From assembly GCA_041746255.1 (NCBI GenBank), contig JBGTHM010000034.1, positions 38,056 through 102,055 on the forward strand: a stretch of 64,000 bases of DNA. The letters are read 5' to 3'. Below, piece after piece: positions 55,799-64,000 of this stretch. Numbering within the stretch: the first letter of the stretch is position 1; every line of letters begins with the position of its first letter. A program made the position numbers and the translations under genes. The stretch comes from Fibrobacteria bacterium. Its GTDB lineage: Bacteria; Fibrobacterota; Fibrobacteria; UBA11236. Below the pieces are notes generated by a model. The model did no database searches, was not told the origin of the DNA, and saw only the letters and a program-made list of their open reading frames with translations.

Positions 55799-56371
55799 TT
55801 GAACAGATTACCTCTTGCAATGGCTGCTGGCACACTGGGTTCAAGGGGCCGTTCGCGGTCTTTTCCCACGAATTTGTTGATTATTGCCGTATTCGGGGTA
55901 TTTTTTACGGGTTGTGCAGGGATTGATTTTCCCTCGCTTCGGTCCGCCCCGGCGCAAGATGAAGAATCCGGGGCCCGCAAACCCGATGGAAAAGTGCCCG
56001 CACCCAAAGATTTTCGCGAACCGGAGAGCTTTGAACAAATGCTGGATGCGAAACCGCTGGTCTTACCTTCGGTGAAACCCGCAACGACGGTGGATATGGC
56101 GCCTCCGGTTCCCCAATCCAAAGGGGCAGCCAAGCAGCAGACTATGGGAGCTGCGCGTTTCCGTATCCAATTATCCGCCGAGTCGAATCTGGAGGCGGCG
56201 CAAAAAAGGAAGGTCGAGATCGAAAGGATTTTAGGCGGACGCGTTGATGTCGATTTCGATCCTCCCTATTACAAATTGCGATGGGGCAATTTCAATAGCC
56301 GGCAGGAGGCTCAGGACAAACTTCTCGAGCTTTCCGAATTCAACCTACAGGGATTCGTCGTAAACCAATAG
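55799..56371 (+). CDS. SPOR domain lipoprotein
   Basis: Lipobox FTGC; FRIQL...PYYKLRWGNFNSRQEA. Confidence 0.82.
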   Translation: MNRLPLAMAAGTLGSRGRSRSFPTNLLIIAVFGVFFTGCAGIDFPSLRSAPAQDEESGARKPDGKVPAPKDFREPESFEQMLDAKPLVLPSVKPATTVDMAPPVPQSKGAAKQQTMGAARFRIQLSAESNLEAAQKRKVEIERILGGRVDVDFDPPYYKLRWGNFNSRQEAQDKLLELSEFNLQGFVVNQ

Positions 56372-56380
56372 TCCGAGAGG

Positions 56381-57214
56381 TTAGGGCCAGTCGCCCCGGA
56401 ACACCTCGGTAGCCGGCCCGGTCATTTTCACATGACCTTCTTTGCGATACTCCAGCAACAGATCGCCTCCGGTCAAATGCACCGTCAATTCCGGACCCGT
56501 GGTACCGGTCATCACGCCAACCACGCATACGGCCGCCGCGCCGGTTCCGCAGGCCCAAGTCTCTCCTGATCCGCGTTCCCAAGTCCGCTGGCGCACTTCA
56601 CTCTCATTCAATACTTGTACGAATTCCACGTTCACCTTGCGGGGAAATAGGGGATGGTTTTCGATGAGAGGGCCCAACTCCGTAACGGGAAAGGTTTCGA
56701 CGTCTTCCACATAGATGACGCAATGGGGATTGCCCATGGAAACCGAGGAAAATTCCAATTCCCGGCCGGCCACCTGGATTTTTTGCTTAAGCACATTGGG
56801 CATATCGAGGGTGGTCGGAATCTTCAATCCTTCGAAAACCGGCGGACCCATGTCGATAGTGACCAGCGCGGCTTTGCCCTCGCCGTCGGTTTCCCGGATA
56901 CGGGCGGTCAAAATACCGGCGCCGGTTTTGATTTTAAGCTCGCTTTTCCCCGGAGCGTAGGTGTCATGCAGGTATTTCGCCACGCAGCGAATACCGTTTC
57001 CGCACATCTCCGATCCGGAACCGTCGGCATTATACATATCCATTTCGCCATCGCCTTCCGGAAATGGTTTGATGAGAATGAGCCCGTCGCCGCCCACGCC
57101 GAAGCGTCGGTGGGAAATCGCCTTCGCCAATTCCACGGGGTTTTCCACTTTCTCCCGGAAGGCGTCCACGTAGACGTAATCATTGCCTGTTCCGTGCATT
57201 TTAATGAAACGCAT
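56381..57214 (-). CDS. dapF: Diaminopimelate epimerase
   Basis: KMHGTGNDY, NADGS..EMCGNGIRC, GNPHCV, ERGSGETWACGTG. Confidence 0.97.
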   Translation of the reverse strand: MRFIKMHGTGNDYVYVDAFREKVENPVELAKAISHRRFGVGGDGLILIKPFPEGDGEMDMYNADGSGSEMCGNGIRCVAKYLHDTYAPGKSELKIKTGAGILTARIRETDGEGKAALVTIDMGPPVFEGLKIPTTLDMPNVLKQKIQVAGRELEFSSVSMGNPHCVIYVEDVETFPVTELGPLIENHPLFPRKVNVEFVQVLNESEVRQRTWERGSGETWACGTGAAAVCVVGVMTGTTGPELTVHLTGGDLLLEYRKEGHVKMTGPATEVFRGDWP

Positions 57215-57744
57215 CACCACCTCGATACCGTATTGTCCAACACCACTTTTACCAGCGATTCGACCGCTCTTAATTTCCCCGTTTCCTCGGTTTCGCCCTC
57301 GCCTATCCGATAATCTCCGTATCCCGGAACATTATCGGCATGGTAAAGGGTATCCCGACGTATTTTGTCCACGAAGGTGATGCGCATTTGCAAATCCACC
57401 CGATAACTGGTGACCCGTTCGCCGCTGGTGCTCAGCGGCTGATGGGAATAGCCGGTTAGTACTCCAAACAATTCGGCGTCGGCGTTTTCATTCACCCTGC
57501 GCAAATTGGTGCGTCTGCGAAAACCCTCGTCGAAGCCCTCGGTGATTCTATCGGCCAAGGCCGATTCCAGGGTTTGGTTCTGGACCGGGAGAATCTGAAT
57601 TGTCCGCAAATGCGGGGGCAATGTGCTTCCGCTAAAAGAATAACAGCCCCAGAGCGAAAAAACGGCGAGAATCGCGAAAATCGGAATAAGGGTCTTCCGG
57701 AAGGTTCCAGCGGCTCTACGTAAAAACAGGCTAACAAGAATCAT
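57214..57744 (-). CDS. lptE: LptE family LPS assembly lipoprotein
   Basis: LWGCYSFSG..LPPHLRTI...NQT, ADAELFG, terminal Trp. Confidence 0.8.
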   Translation of the reverse strand: MILVSLFLRRAAGTFRKTLIPIFAILAVFSLWGCYSFSGSTLPPHLRTIQILPVQNQTLESALADRITEGFDEGFRRRTNLRRVNENADAELFGVLTGYSHQPLSTSGERVTSYRVDLQMRITFVDKIRRDTLYHADNVPGYGDYRIGEGETEETGKLRAVESLVKVVLDNTVSRW

Positions 57745-57750
57745 GGTGGA

Positions 57751-60573
57751 TTAATCTACCAAAGGACTCGTGGTTTGTTCGCGGATTTCCGGCGCCGCTA
57801 CTTTTTCCGCGACGATTTCCAGATTCTGCGGCGCAAGGGTTTTCTCCACCAGCTCGGCTTCGTCGTTCGCCGCAACCTGGAGATGTGGCAGGGCTTTTTG
57901 GAAGGCGCGATAATAGCGTTCCTGTCCCAGCCGGGGGTCGAGCACCCAGACATCCGGAGGAGCGCCATGCCGGGTTTTGAGGGCGCTGAGCATCCGCTTA
58001 ACTTTGAGGACAGTTTCAGGAAGGATGAAGTCGAGGGCAGGATTACCGCCGGCTTCCTTGATGGCGTCCATGCGCGCAGCGGTCAGCGGATCTCCAGGAA
58101 CGGGAAAAGGCAGCTTGGTTAAAACTACCAAGTCGGTTTCGCACATATCCGGTAATCCATCCGTAAAATTCGGGGTGGCCAGGATGAGGGAGCGGACGGC
58201 GCTTTTAGCCAAATGGGCGATATTGGCTGAACCGCCGTCGATTTGCTGCGCCAAAATGAAAAGCGCCGCTTCCTTTCCGAGTTTGTCCACCAATTCCTCC
58301 CGGCATCGGCGCAACGATTGGCCCCCGGTGAAATAAACCACTTGGCGGCCTCCCACCAATTGGAGGCAGCGGGTAAGCATGGCATCCACCTCATGCATAT
58401 CGGCCTGTCGGGATGGGTGGGGGCAGTATTGCGCCAATAACAACCGTGGTCGGGGGCGCTCCTGGATTCGCACGGATTGAAACCGGACCGGCATCTCCCC
58501 GTCATGCGTCGCACCCATTTGCCGGAGAAAATACCGGCCTTGATCACCGGCGTCGAGGGCCGAAGACAGGAAAAGCACCGAGTCGGCCATGGGGTAGACG
58601 TCGGTTTCCCATTTACTTGCCATGGATATCGGTGCGCAACGCATCACGATTTTATGGGGATTGAGGAAGTCTTCCATCCAGAAAACCTCGTCGTCATGTC
58701 CGGCTTCGCAGAGATAGGCGAAGTCGGACATGAATCGCTGTAATTTTCCCCGCACCGAAATAAATTCCTGGGCTAGCCGATGCGGAGTTATTTCGGAATC
58801 CGGTAAGGCGCGTAATGCCTCGGCCGTCAGCGTAAGATCTTCCGAAGTCTCTTTTAGCGCCTCCAGCACACTATCGGGCGCGGCGTTGAACTCAAGGGCA
58901 AGATGGCCTTGATAGCGCAGCCGGCTTTCCCCTTCCTTGCGCAAACGCCGGCCGTGTTTGGCGATTTTGTTGAAAAATTTTTGCAGGCGCTTTTCGGGCT
59001 GGGAAAGATTTTCGCGGAGCCGCTCCAGGTTCGGCTGGATGGAGGCGAGGTCATGCAACTTCGCGGCAGCCTCCGCCGCGGCTAAAAGCCCGCGCGTGTC
59101 GTCCTTGGAGGCCGCGATGACCTGCAGGCAATTGCGGAGGCGGAAGAAATGGATTTGTCTTCCCAAACGGTAGGATGCGGTATCTTGGAGTCTGTCGGCT
59201 TTGTCCATTATGACACGATTCAGCGGTGCGAGAAAGGCGAAGTCCTGCCCCAGATCGCGGAGAAATAACTCATGGCTGATAACCGTTATATGGGACCCGT
59301 CCGCGCGAGACTTGGCTGCGGCTGCAAATTCGGAGACTCCCTGGGTATAGCCGTCGCTTCCCAATTTCTCCCACAGAACCCGATGGCGTTCGTGGTTGAA
59401 GCCGGCATTTTCTTGAATGGATCCGGTGTCGGTCAATTCCATCCAGGTGATAAGCGGAAGAAATGCGGTTTTTTCGGAGTCGCTGAGCCGCAAGGAGGCG
59501 TCCTTAAGAATGTCGTGATATTTATGTCGGGAGATATAATGTTGCGGCTCCTGCAAAAGGGCAAGCTTTAGCCGAGGTCCGTAAAGTGATTGCAGGATTT
59601 CAAAGTGGCGAACGGTTTCTTCCCGGAGGTGTCCTCCATGGGTGCAAAAAAGGACGCGTCCACCACCCGATAAGGCGAAGCGGGCTGCGGAAACCAGGGC
59701 CGCGAGGGTGCGGCCTACGCCGGGTTCGACGTCGAGAGCGGTGACGCCGCCCTCACGAAGCCCTTTGAGCATTATACGCGCGGCAAATTTTCTGGCTTGG
59801 CGCGCTTCGGGCCCGCCGAGAAATTCCGGCGATACCCCGTCTTTTTCGAAAGGGTCTACCTCGGCCTCCAAAGGAGGTGATAAAGGAGTAACGGATTCAA
59901 TGCCGATCTCCGAAGTCGCCCCGGTAATTTCAGCCGAAGCTTCCAGCCCAAAGTCTGATTCATTTATCGATCCCGGAAATAAATTGCGCCAGGGCGTGAC
60001 GCAGTCTTTAAGCACATGACCGATATGGGCGAGGGTGCGTGGCGAAAACGCCAGCATCCGCTCTTGCGCCAGCAGCCAGAGGCGCGCGGCCTTTTCGGCG
60101 TCGGGTAGGGCGCGATGCGCTTTTTGCGGGGGAATACCCAGGCTTTCCACCAGATTTTCCAGCCGGTGGTTGAGTTCCATGGGCCAGGCGATGCGGGCGA
60201 GCAGCAAGGAGTCGAAAACGGGATTTTCGCAGGGCGGGTGGTTGACGCGGCGGCAGGCTTCGGCCAGAAAGGCTCCGTCGAAATCGGAATTATGGGCGAC
60301 AAGCGGAAGGCCTCCCGCGAATTCGAAAAAGGAACGGATCCCCTCCTCTTGCGGCATGGCACTCTCGAAATCCTTTTCCACGAGTCCGGTGAGGGAGCGC
60401 ACCAGGTAACTTAGGGGTTTCTCGCTCCGAAGCAGCTGGGAGAAAGTACCGATAAGGGTTCCCTTTTCAACTTTGACGGCGCCAATCTCGAGAATGTCGT
60501 CGCCGGCGCTGTCGAGCCCGGTGGTTTCCAAATCAAAGGCGACGAAGGTGTCGAGGGGTTTGAATAGGCTCAT
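57751..60573 (-). CDS. DEDDh 3'-5' exonuclease fused to degenerate DinG-like helicase
   Basis: FDLETTG, VAHNSDFD, HRALPDA exonuclease motifs; DinG-like LSSAL, KLPFPVPGDP, VLDPR; helicase motifs I and II altered. Confidence 0.85.
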   Translation of the reverse strand: MSLFKPLDTFVAFDLETTGLDSAGDDILEIGAVKVEKGTLIGTFSQLLRSEKPLSYLVRSLTGLVEKDFESAMPQEEGIRSFFEFAGGLPLVAHNSDFDGAFLAEACRRVNHPPCENPVFDSLLLARIAWPMELNHRLENLVESLGIPPQKAHRALPDAEKAARLWLLAQERMLAFSPRTLAHIGHVLKDCVTPWRNLFPGSINESDFGLEASAEITGATSEIGIESVTPLSPPLEAEVDPFEKDGVSPEFLGGPEARQARKFAARIMLKGLREGGVTALDVEPGVGRTLAALVSAARFALSGGGRVLFCTHGGHLREETVRHFEILQSLYGPRLKLALLQEPQHYISRHKYHDILKDASLRLSDSEKTAFLPLITWMELTDTGSIQENAGFNHERHRVLWEKLGSDGYTQGVSEFAAAAKSRADGSHITVISHELFLRDLGQDFAFLAPLNRVIMDKADRLQDTASYRLGRQIHFFRLRNCLQVIAASKDDTRGLLAAAEAAAKLHDLASIQPNLERLRENLSQPEKRLQKFFNKIAKHGRRLRKEGESRLRYQGHLALEFNAAPDSVLEALKETSEDLTLTAEALRALPDSEITPHRLAQEFISVRGKLQRFMSDFAYLCEAGHDDEVFWMEDFLNPHKIVMRCAPISMASKWETDVYPMADSVLFLSSALDAGDQGRYFLRQMGATHDGEMPVRFQSVRIQERPRPRLLLAQYCPHPSRQADMHEVDAMLTRCLQLVGGRQVVYFTGGQSLRRCREELVDKLGKEAALFILAQQIDGGSANIAHLAKSAVRSLILATPNFTDGLPDMCETDLVVLTKLPFPVPGDPLTAARMDAIKEAGGNPALDFILPETVLKVKRMLSALKTRHGAPPDVWVLDPRLGQERYYRAFQKALPHLQVAANDEAELVEKTLAPQNLEIVAEKVAAPEIREQTTSPLVD

Positions 60574-60693
60574 GGTGCGGTCCTCTTCGAGTAATTCAGG
60601 CGGGCTCCGCTCCCGATGCCCAGCGGCAGGCTACGGTGCGTTGCCGACCTGATGGCAAGTGGTTGCTAGCCACTGGGATGGGGTTGGTCATGC

Positions 60694-62187
60694 TCAATCC
60701 GATTTACCGGAAAGATACCTTTTCTCCGCCGACCCGGCCCCGGCTGGGTTCGGCGCCTGGCCGGATTCTCCGGGTTTCCGCTGAGCCTTGAGCCGAAGTT
60801 TGAGTTCGTGATAACGGGCCTGGTTTTCCGGGCTCATTCGGTCGATCCAGGGCTTGACCTGTTCCAATTCCTGGGCGGCCAAGTTGTAGGCGCCCTCCTG
60901 CAATAGGATTTCCACCTTGAGTGCCGCCACGGTGGGATGGAAGCCGATGTCCAGCGCTTTGGAGGCGGAGAGCAGCGCGCGTCCGTTTTCGCCTTGTGCG
61001 AATAAAGCCCGGCCCAGAAGATAATAGGCTTCCTGACGGCGAAGGGAATCGAGGCCGCCTGCATGGTTTTCGGCATGATTCCAATTCCGAGCCGTGAGCA
61101 TTTCCTGGAAGGCGCTCCAACTCGCATCGGCTGAATTCGCAGATGGCGAAGACTTGTCTCCGAGGTTGTAAAAATGCGCTAGGGCGAATCCTCCCGCGAC
61201 AACGGCCAAGGCCAGGCCGAACAGGAGAGCGCGTAATCGAAGGGGGCTTTCCTCAGGCACCAAGGCGTTGAACTCGGCCGTGGTAAAGTGGCCTTTCAGC
61301 AAATAGTTGGCAATCACGGAAGCCGGCGTAGCATCCCCGTGGTAGAGTTTATAAATCGGCTGCACGGCCGCCGCCATTTCCGAGGCGTCTTTATAGCGAT
61401 CCGCCGGCTGGCGCGCCAACGCTTTCAGGATAATTTCCGTGACGGATTCGTCTATGCCCTGTAATTCGGCGGCGATGTCGACGATTTCCCATTTCAAGAT
61501 ATTCTCAATGAGGGCGGTGCGGTTACCCGCCAGGAAGGGACGGGAGTTCTTCAGCAATTCGTAAAAAGTGACGCCCAGGGCGAATATGTCGATGGAGCGG
61601 GTGCTGGGTTCCCCGCGCAGCCGTTCGGGCGCCATATAGGCCACGCTACCGCTGATATGCGCGGTTTGGCTCATCAAGTCGGCGCCAAGCTTGGCCACCC
61701 CGAAATCACAAATCACCGGCTGCCCGTCCTGACGGATGAGAACGTTTTCAGGTTTAAGGTCGCGGTGGATGACCCCGTCGTAAACCACGTCGTCGAATTG
61801 CAGGCGCGCCGAATGCGCATGCGCAAGTCCTTCCAGTATACCCGCGATAATGGCCAAAACCACGGGCACTGGAAAGGTCTGGCATTTCTCCAGATGTTGC
61901 CGAAGGCTTTGCCCCTCGACATACTCCATTTCAATCTGCAGCTTGGAGGAGGTCTGGGAGACATCATGGATGCGGACGATGGCCGGGTGCTTCAGGTTGG
62001 CCGCCAATTGCGCCTCGCGTTTGAACTTCGCACGGCTGCGTGCGTCCAGCATCATGTCCTGGTGCATGATTTTCAACACCCGCAATTCATTCAGGGCCTT
62101 GTGGCGCGCAAGGTAGACGTCCGCGGAAGCGCCTTGACCCAATATTTTCAGGATCTCGTAACGATTATCATTGATGGAAGCATTCAT
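60694..62187 (-). CDS. Membrane Ser/Thr protein kinase with C-terminal TPR-like region
   Basis: LGQGASADVY, VLK, HRDLKPEN, DFG, YMAPE; TM helix; helical C-terminus. Confidence 0.92.
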   Translation of the reverse strand: MNASINDNRYEILKILGQGASADVYLARHKALNELRVLKIMHQDMMLDARSRAKFKREAQLAANLKHPAIVRIHDVSQTSSKLQIEMEYVEGQSLRQHLEKCQTFPVPVVLAIIAGILEGLAHAHSARLQFDDVVYDGVIHRDLKPENVLIRQDGQPVICDFGVAKLGADLMSQTAHISGSVAYMAPERLRGEPSTRSIDIFALGVTFYELLKNSRPFLAGNRTALIENILKWEIVDIAAELQGIDESVTEIILKALARQPADRYKDASEMAAAVQPIYKLYHGDATPASVIANYLLKGHFTTAEFNALVPEESPLRLRALLFGLALAVVAGGFALAHFYNLGDKSSPSANSADASWSAFQEMLTARNWNHAENHAGGLDSLRRQEAYYLLGRALFAQGENGRALLSASKALDIGFHPTVAALKVEILLQEGAYNLAAQELEQVKPWIDRMSPENQARYHELKLRLKAQRKPGESGQAPNPAGAGSAEKRYLSGKSD

Positions 62188-62259
62188 GAGGCGACGGATG
62201 GTTGCAGGCAAAAGGTAGATTTTACGCGGAATACGGCAATACGAAACGCCCGCAAGGTT

Positions 62260-63999
62260 TCAGGGCTCGCTTGCATCGGTTTTCCCGGGGGGATATATCG
62301 CCGGCTTCCCCCCTTCAATGACAAGCGTATCAATTCCGACTCCATAGCGTTCTTGCTCTCGCCAGGGGTTAAGCCCCCCGGGACTCCAAACGCCGTCGCC
62401 ATTCCCGTCCTGAAAATAATCCACCCGGTAGCGCCCCGCCGGAAGGTTCTCCAGCATTCCGTCGGTTTCCACTCCGCTTTCCGATTTCCCTATGTTATGC
62501 GAATATCGCAAGCCTGAATCAAGGTCCCGAAGGATGGCGGTCCAGCCCCGTGAACCCGTACCCCAGGCAAACCGTACCGAACCCAACTCTTCGGCTTTCG
62601 GCAGCGTGAAGGTTTTGAGTAGCCGCCGCGTATCCGCCTGAACCGATTCGGGTTTTGCCCGTGCGTGTGCGCTATCCGCGGATAGGGTATCGGAAGGGCT
62701 GCGAATCGTATCCTCCGACGCCGGCATACTGGGGGTCTCCGGTCGCAGCCGGAAGATTGACAGGGACTGGCCGGCCAACGGCACGGAGGGTAATTCCAAT
62801 GTGAATTCGTGGGCGTTGATCCGTTTTATGGCATGCGGTACTGTAATCGAGTCGGAGTGGACAACGGCCAAACTGTCGGTGAACACAGCCAACAACGAGT
62901 CTGTAAGTATACGAGGTGTATAGATGCGAAACTCCTTGTTTGGAAAAAACGGCGCATCGGGTAACTTCTGCCGCTCCCCGAAAACGTCATAGGGTCCCAG
63001 GAAGGTGAACACTTCGGCGGGCGCAGGCGGAAGGTTTGCCGGAGCTGCAGTTTCGGAACCGGGAGTCTCCAGGGGAGAAGCGGCCGTGTATGCCGCCGTA
63101 AATTCAGCCCCAACGCCGGAGGAGTCCGGGGCCCGTCCATAGTAGTCCAGCGCACCGGGAGCTTCCAATCGATAAGCCGCTCCTTCACGCAAGGGTCGGG
63201 CGTTGATTTCGATTTTGCCTTCGGGGTTTTGGGCGACGCTGTGCAATTCGACGGGATCTCCGGTTTTCGTATCGATAAGGCGGTAGGACGTTTTACGCAG
63301 AACGTGACTCGGCTGCATTTTATGAGAGAAGGTTACCTGCAGGGTACCCTCGACCCCTTCGGGCCTGCGGCTTTCCGGAGTCCATATCACCTCGGTAATG
63401 GCCGGATTGGACGGAGAGTAAGGGAAAGGAGTCAGCTGGAACCGTATCGGGTTTTCATTCACTTCCAAAGCGGCGTTGCCGAAAGCCACGGGTTCCATCG
63501 CCAAATCGGGAAGTCCGTTGCGGGCGACATCTTCGAATGCGAGCACGGCATAGCGTCCCGGTTTGATTCCGGTGAGCGAGAAAAAACCGGTAGAGTCGCA
63601 GCGGGCGGCATACATGGGCCGCTCCTTAGCGGGATCCGGAAACGAGTCGGGGGCCACCCTGCCCTTTTCGCGCAAGGTCAGATAGTCCATGGAATCGCGC
63701 ACGTTTCTATCAATAGGGTAGAGCGCGACTCCTCGCGGCGCCTTGGCGGACTCCGCCTGTGTGGGATTGATGCGACCTTCAATTTTCCCGGAATCGAGGC
63801 TGGGGCCGGTTGCAAAAACCAGGGAGAATTCCTGACCCATTTTCTGTCCGCGCAAATCGGTTATCGAGCCGGAAACCGATAAGATATAGGTGGTGTTTTT
63901 CTCCAAGGGAGAAGCCGATTCCACCTTCACCTGATTGCCCGTGACCTTGGGGTGAAGCCGGCGGGGCAAGGGTGGGAAGAGACTGATTTGGCCTTCGTC
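62260..63999 (-). CDS. Ig-like (Big_5) domain-containing exported protein, 5' end outside the window
   Basis: Frame open to the window edge; PLEKNTTY...ITDLRG...FATGPSLDSG, GRYAVLAFED..NG, GRYRVDYFQDGNGDGVWSPG. Confidence 0.72.
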   Translation of the reverse strand, partial: DEGQISLFPPLPRRLHPKVTGNQVKVESASPLEKNTTYILSVSGSITDLRGQKMGQEFSLVFATGPSLDSGKIEGRINPTQAESAKAPRGVALYPIDRNVRDSMDYLTLREKGRVAPDSFPDPAKERPMYAARCDSTGFFSLTGIKPGRYAVLAFEDVARNGLPDLAMEPVAFGNAALEVNENPIRFQLTPFPYSPSNPAITEVIWTPESRRPEGVEGTLQVTFSHKMQPSHVLRKTSYRLIDTKTGDPVELHSVAQNPEGKIEINARPLREGAAYRLEAPGALDYYGRAPDSSGVGAEFTAAYTAASPLETPGSETAAPANLPPAPAEVFTFLGPYDVFGERQKLPDAPFFPNKEFRIYTPRILTDSLLAVFTDSLAVVHSDSITVPHAIKRINAHEFTLELPSVPLAGQSLSIFRLRPETPSMPASEDTIRSPSDTLSADSAHARAKPESVQADTRRLLKTFTLPKAEELGSVRFAWGTGSRGWTAILRDLDSGLRYSHNIGKSESGVETDGMLENLPAGRYRVDYFQDGNGDGVWSPGGLNPWREQERYGVGIDTLVIEGGKPAIYPPGKTDASEP

Positions 64000-64000
64000 G

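Noticed and set aside
60574..60693. Possible SRP RNA or leader peptide between the kinase and DinG-like genes
   Set aside because: Minus-strand CAGGTCGGCAACG resembles SRP helix 8 but lacks the following AGCAG; the 31-aa ORF has no support.
1..64000. CRISPR arrays, tRNA/rRNA, transposases, prophage, selenoprotein recoding
   Set aside because: None recognised by eye; MsrB and both thioredoxin-fold proteins use ordinary Cys codons. tRNAscan-SE and Infernal were not run.

Overview
Gene-dense bacterial chromosomal window, GC-rich by eye. Gene content (PorV-family barrel, FlgD-Ig/T9SS-type C-terminal domain, LptE, Big_5 protein, flagellar genes) suggests a flagellated FCB-group organism, most likely Fibrobacterota; this is an inference. 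In order: 5' part of cfa; a TetR-TolC-HlyD-ABC efflux operon; a six-gene minus-strand operon (two small OM beta-barrels, a 741-aa di-heme hydrazine-synthase-alpha-like lipoprotein, TlpA, DUF4266-like lipoprotein, DUF3570-like barrel with a flavinylation motif), the best candidate for an uncharacterised system; an arginine succinyltransferase operon with an M20 hydrolase in place of AstE; redox and housekeeping genes (sthA, msrB, purB, lysC, dapF, lptE); a His kinase/sigma54 regulator/CHASE2-Ser/Thr kinase operon; a PorV protein with a large propeller insertion; flgM with a sigma28 promoter; a MerR/TipA regulator with its operator; a small AT-rich islet; a sigma54-driven flgJ(SLT)-flgN-flgK-flgL operon; and a DinG-like exonuclease with degenerate helicase motifs. 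I found no rRNA, tRNA, CRISPR array, transposase or integrase. One ~170-bp palindromic element follows purB. All family calls come from motif recognition by eye, not database searches, and several start codons were adjusted manually from the ORF track.
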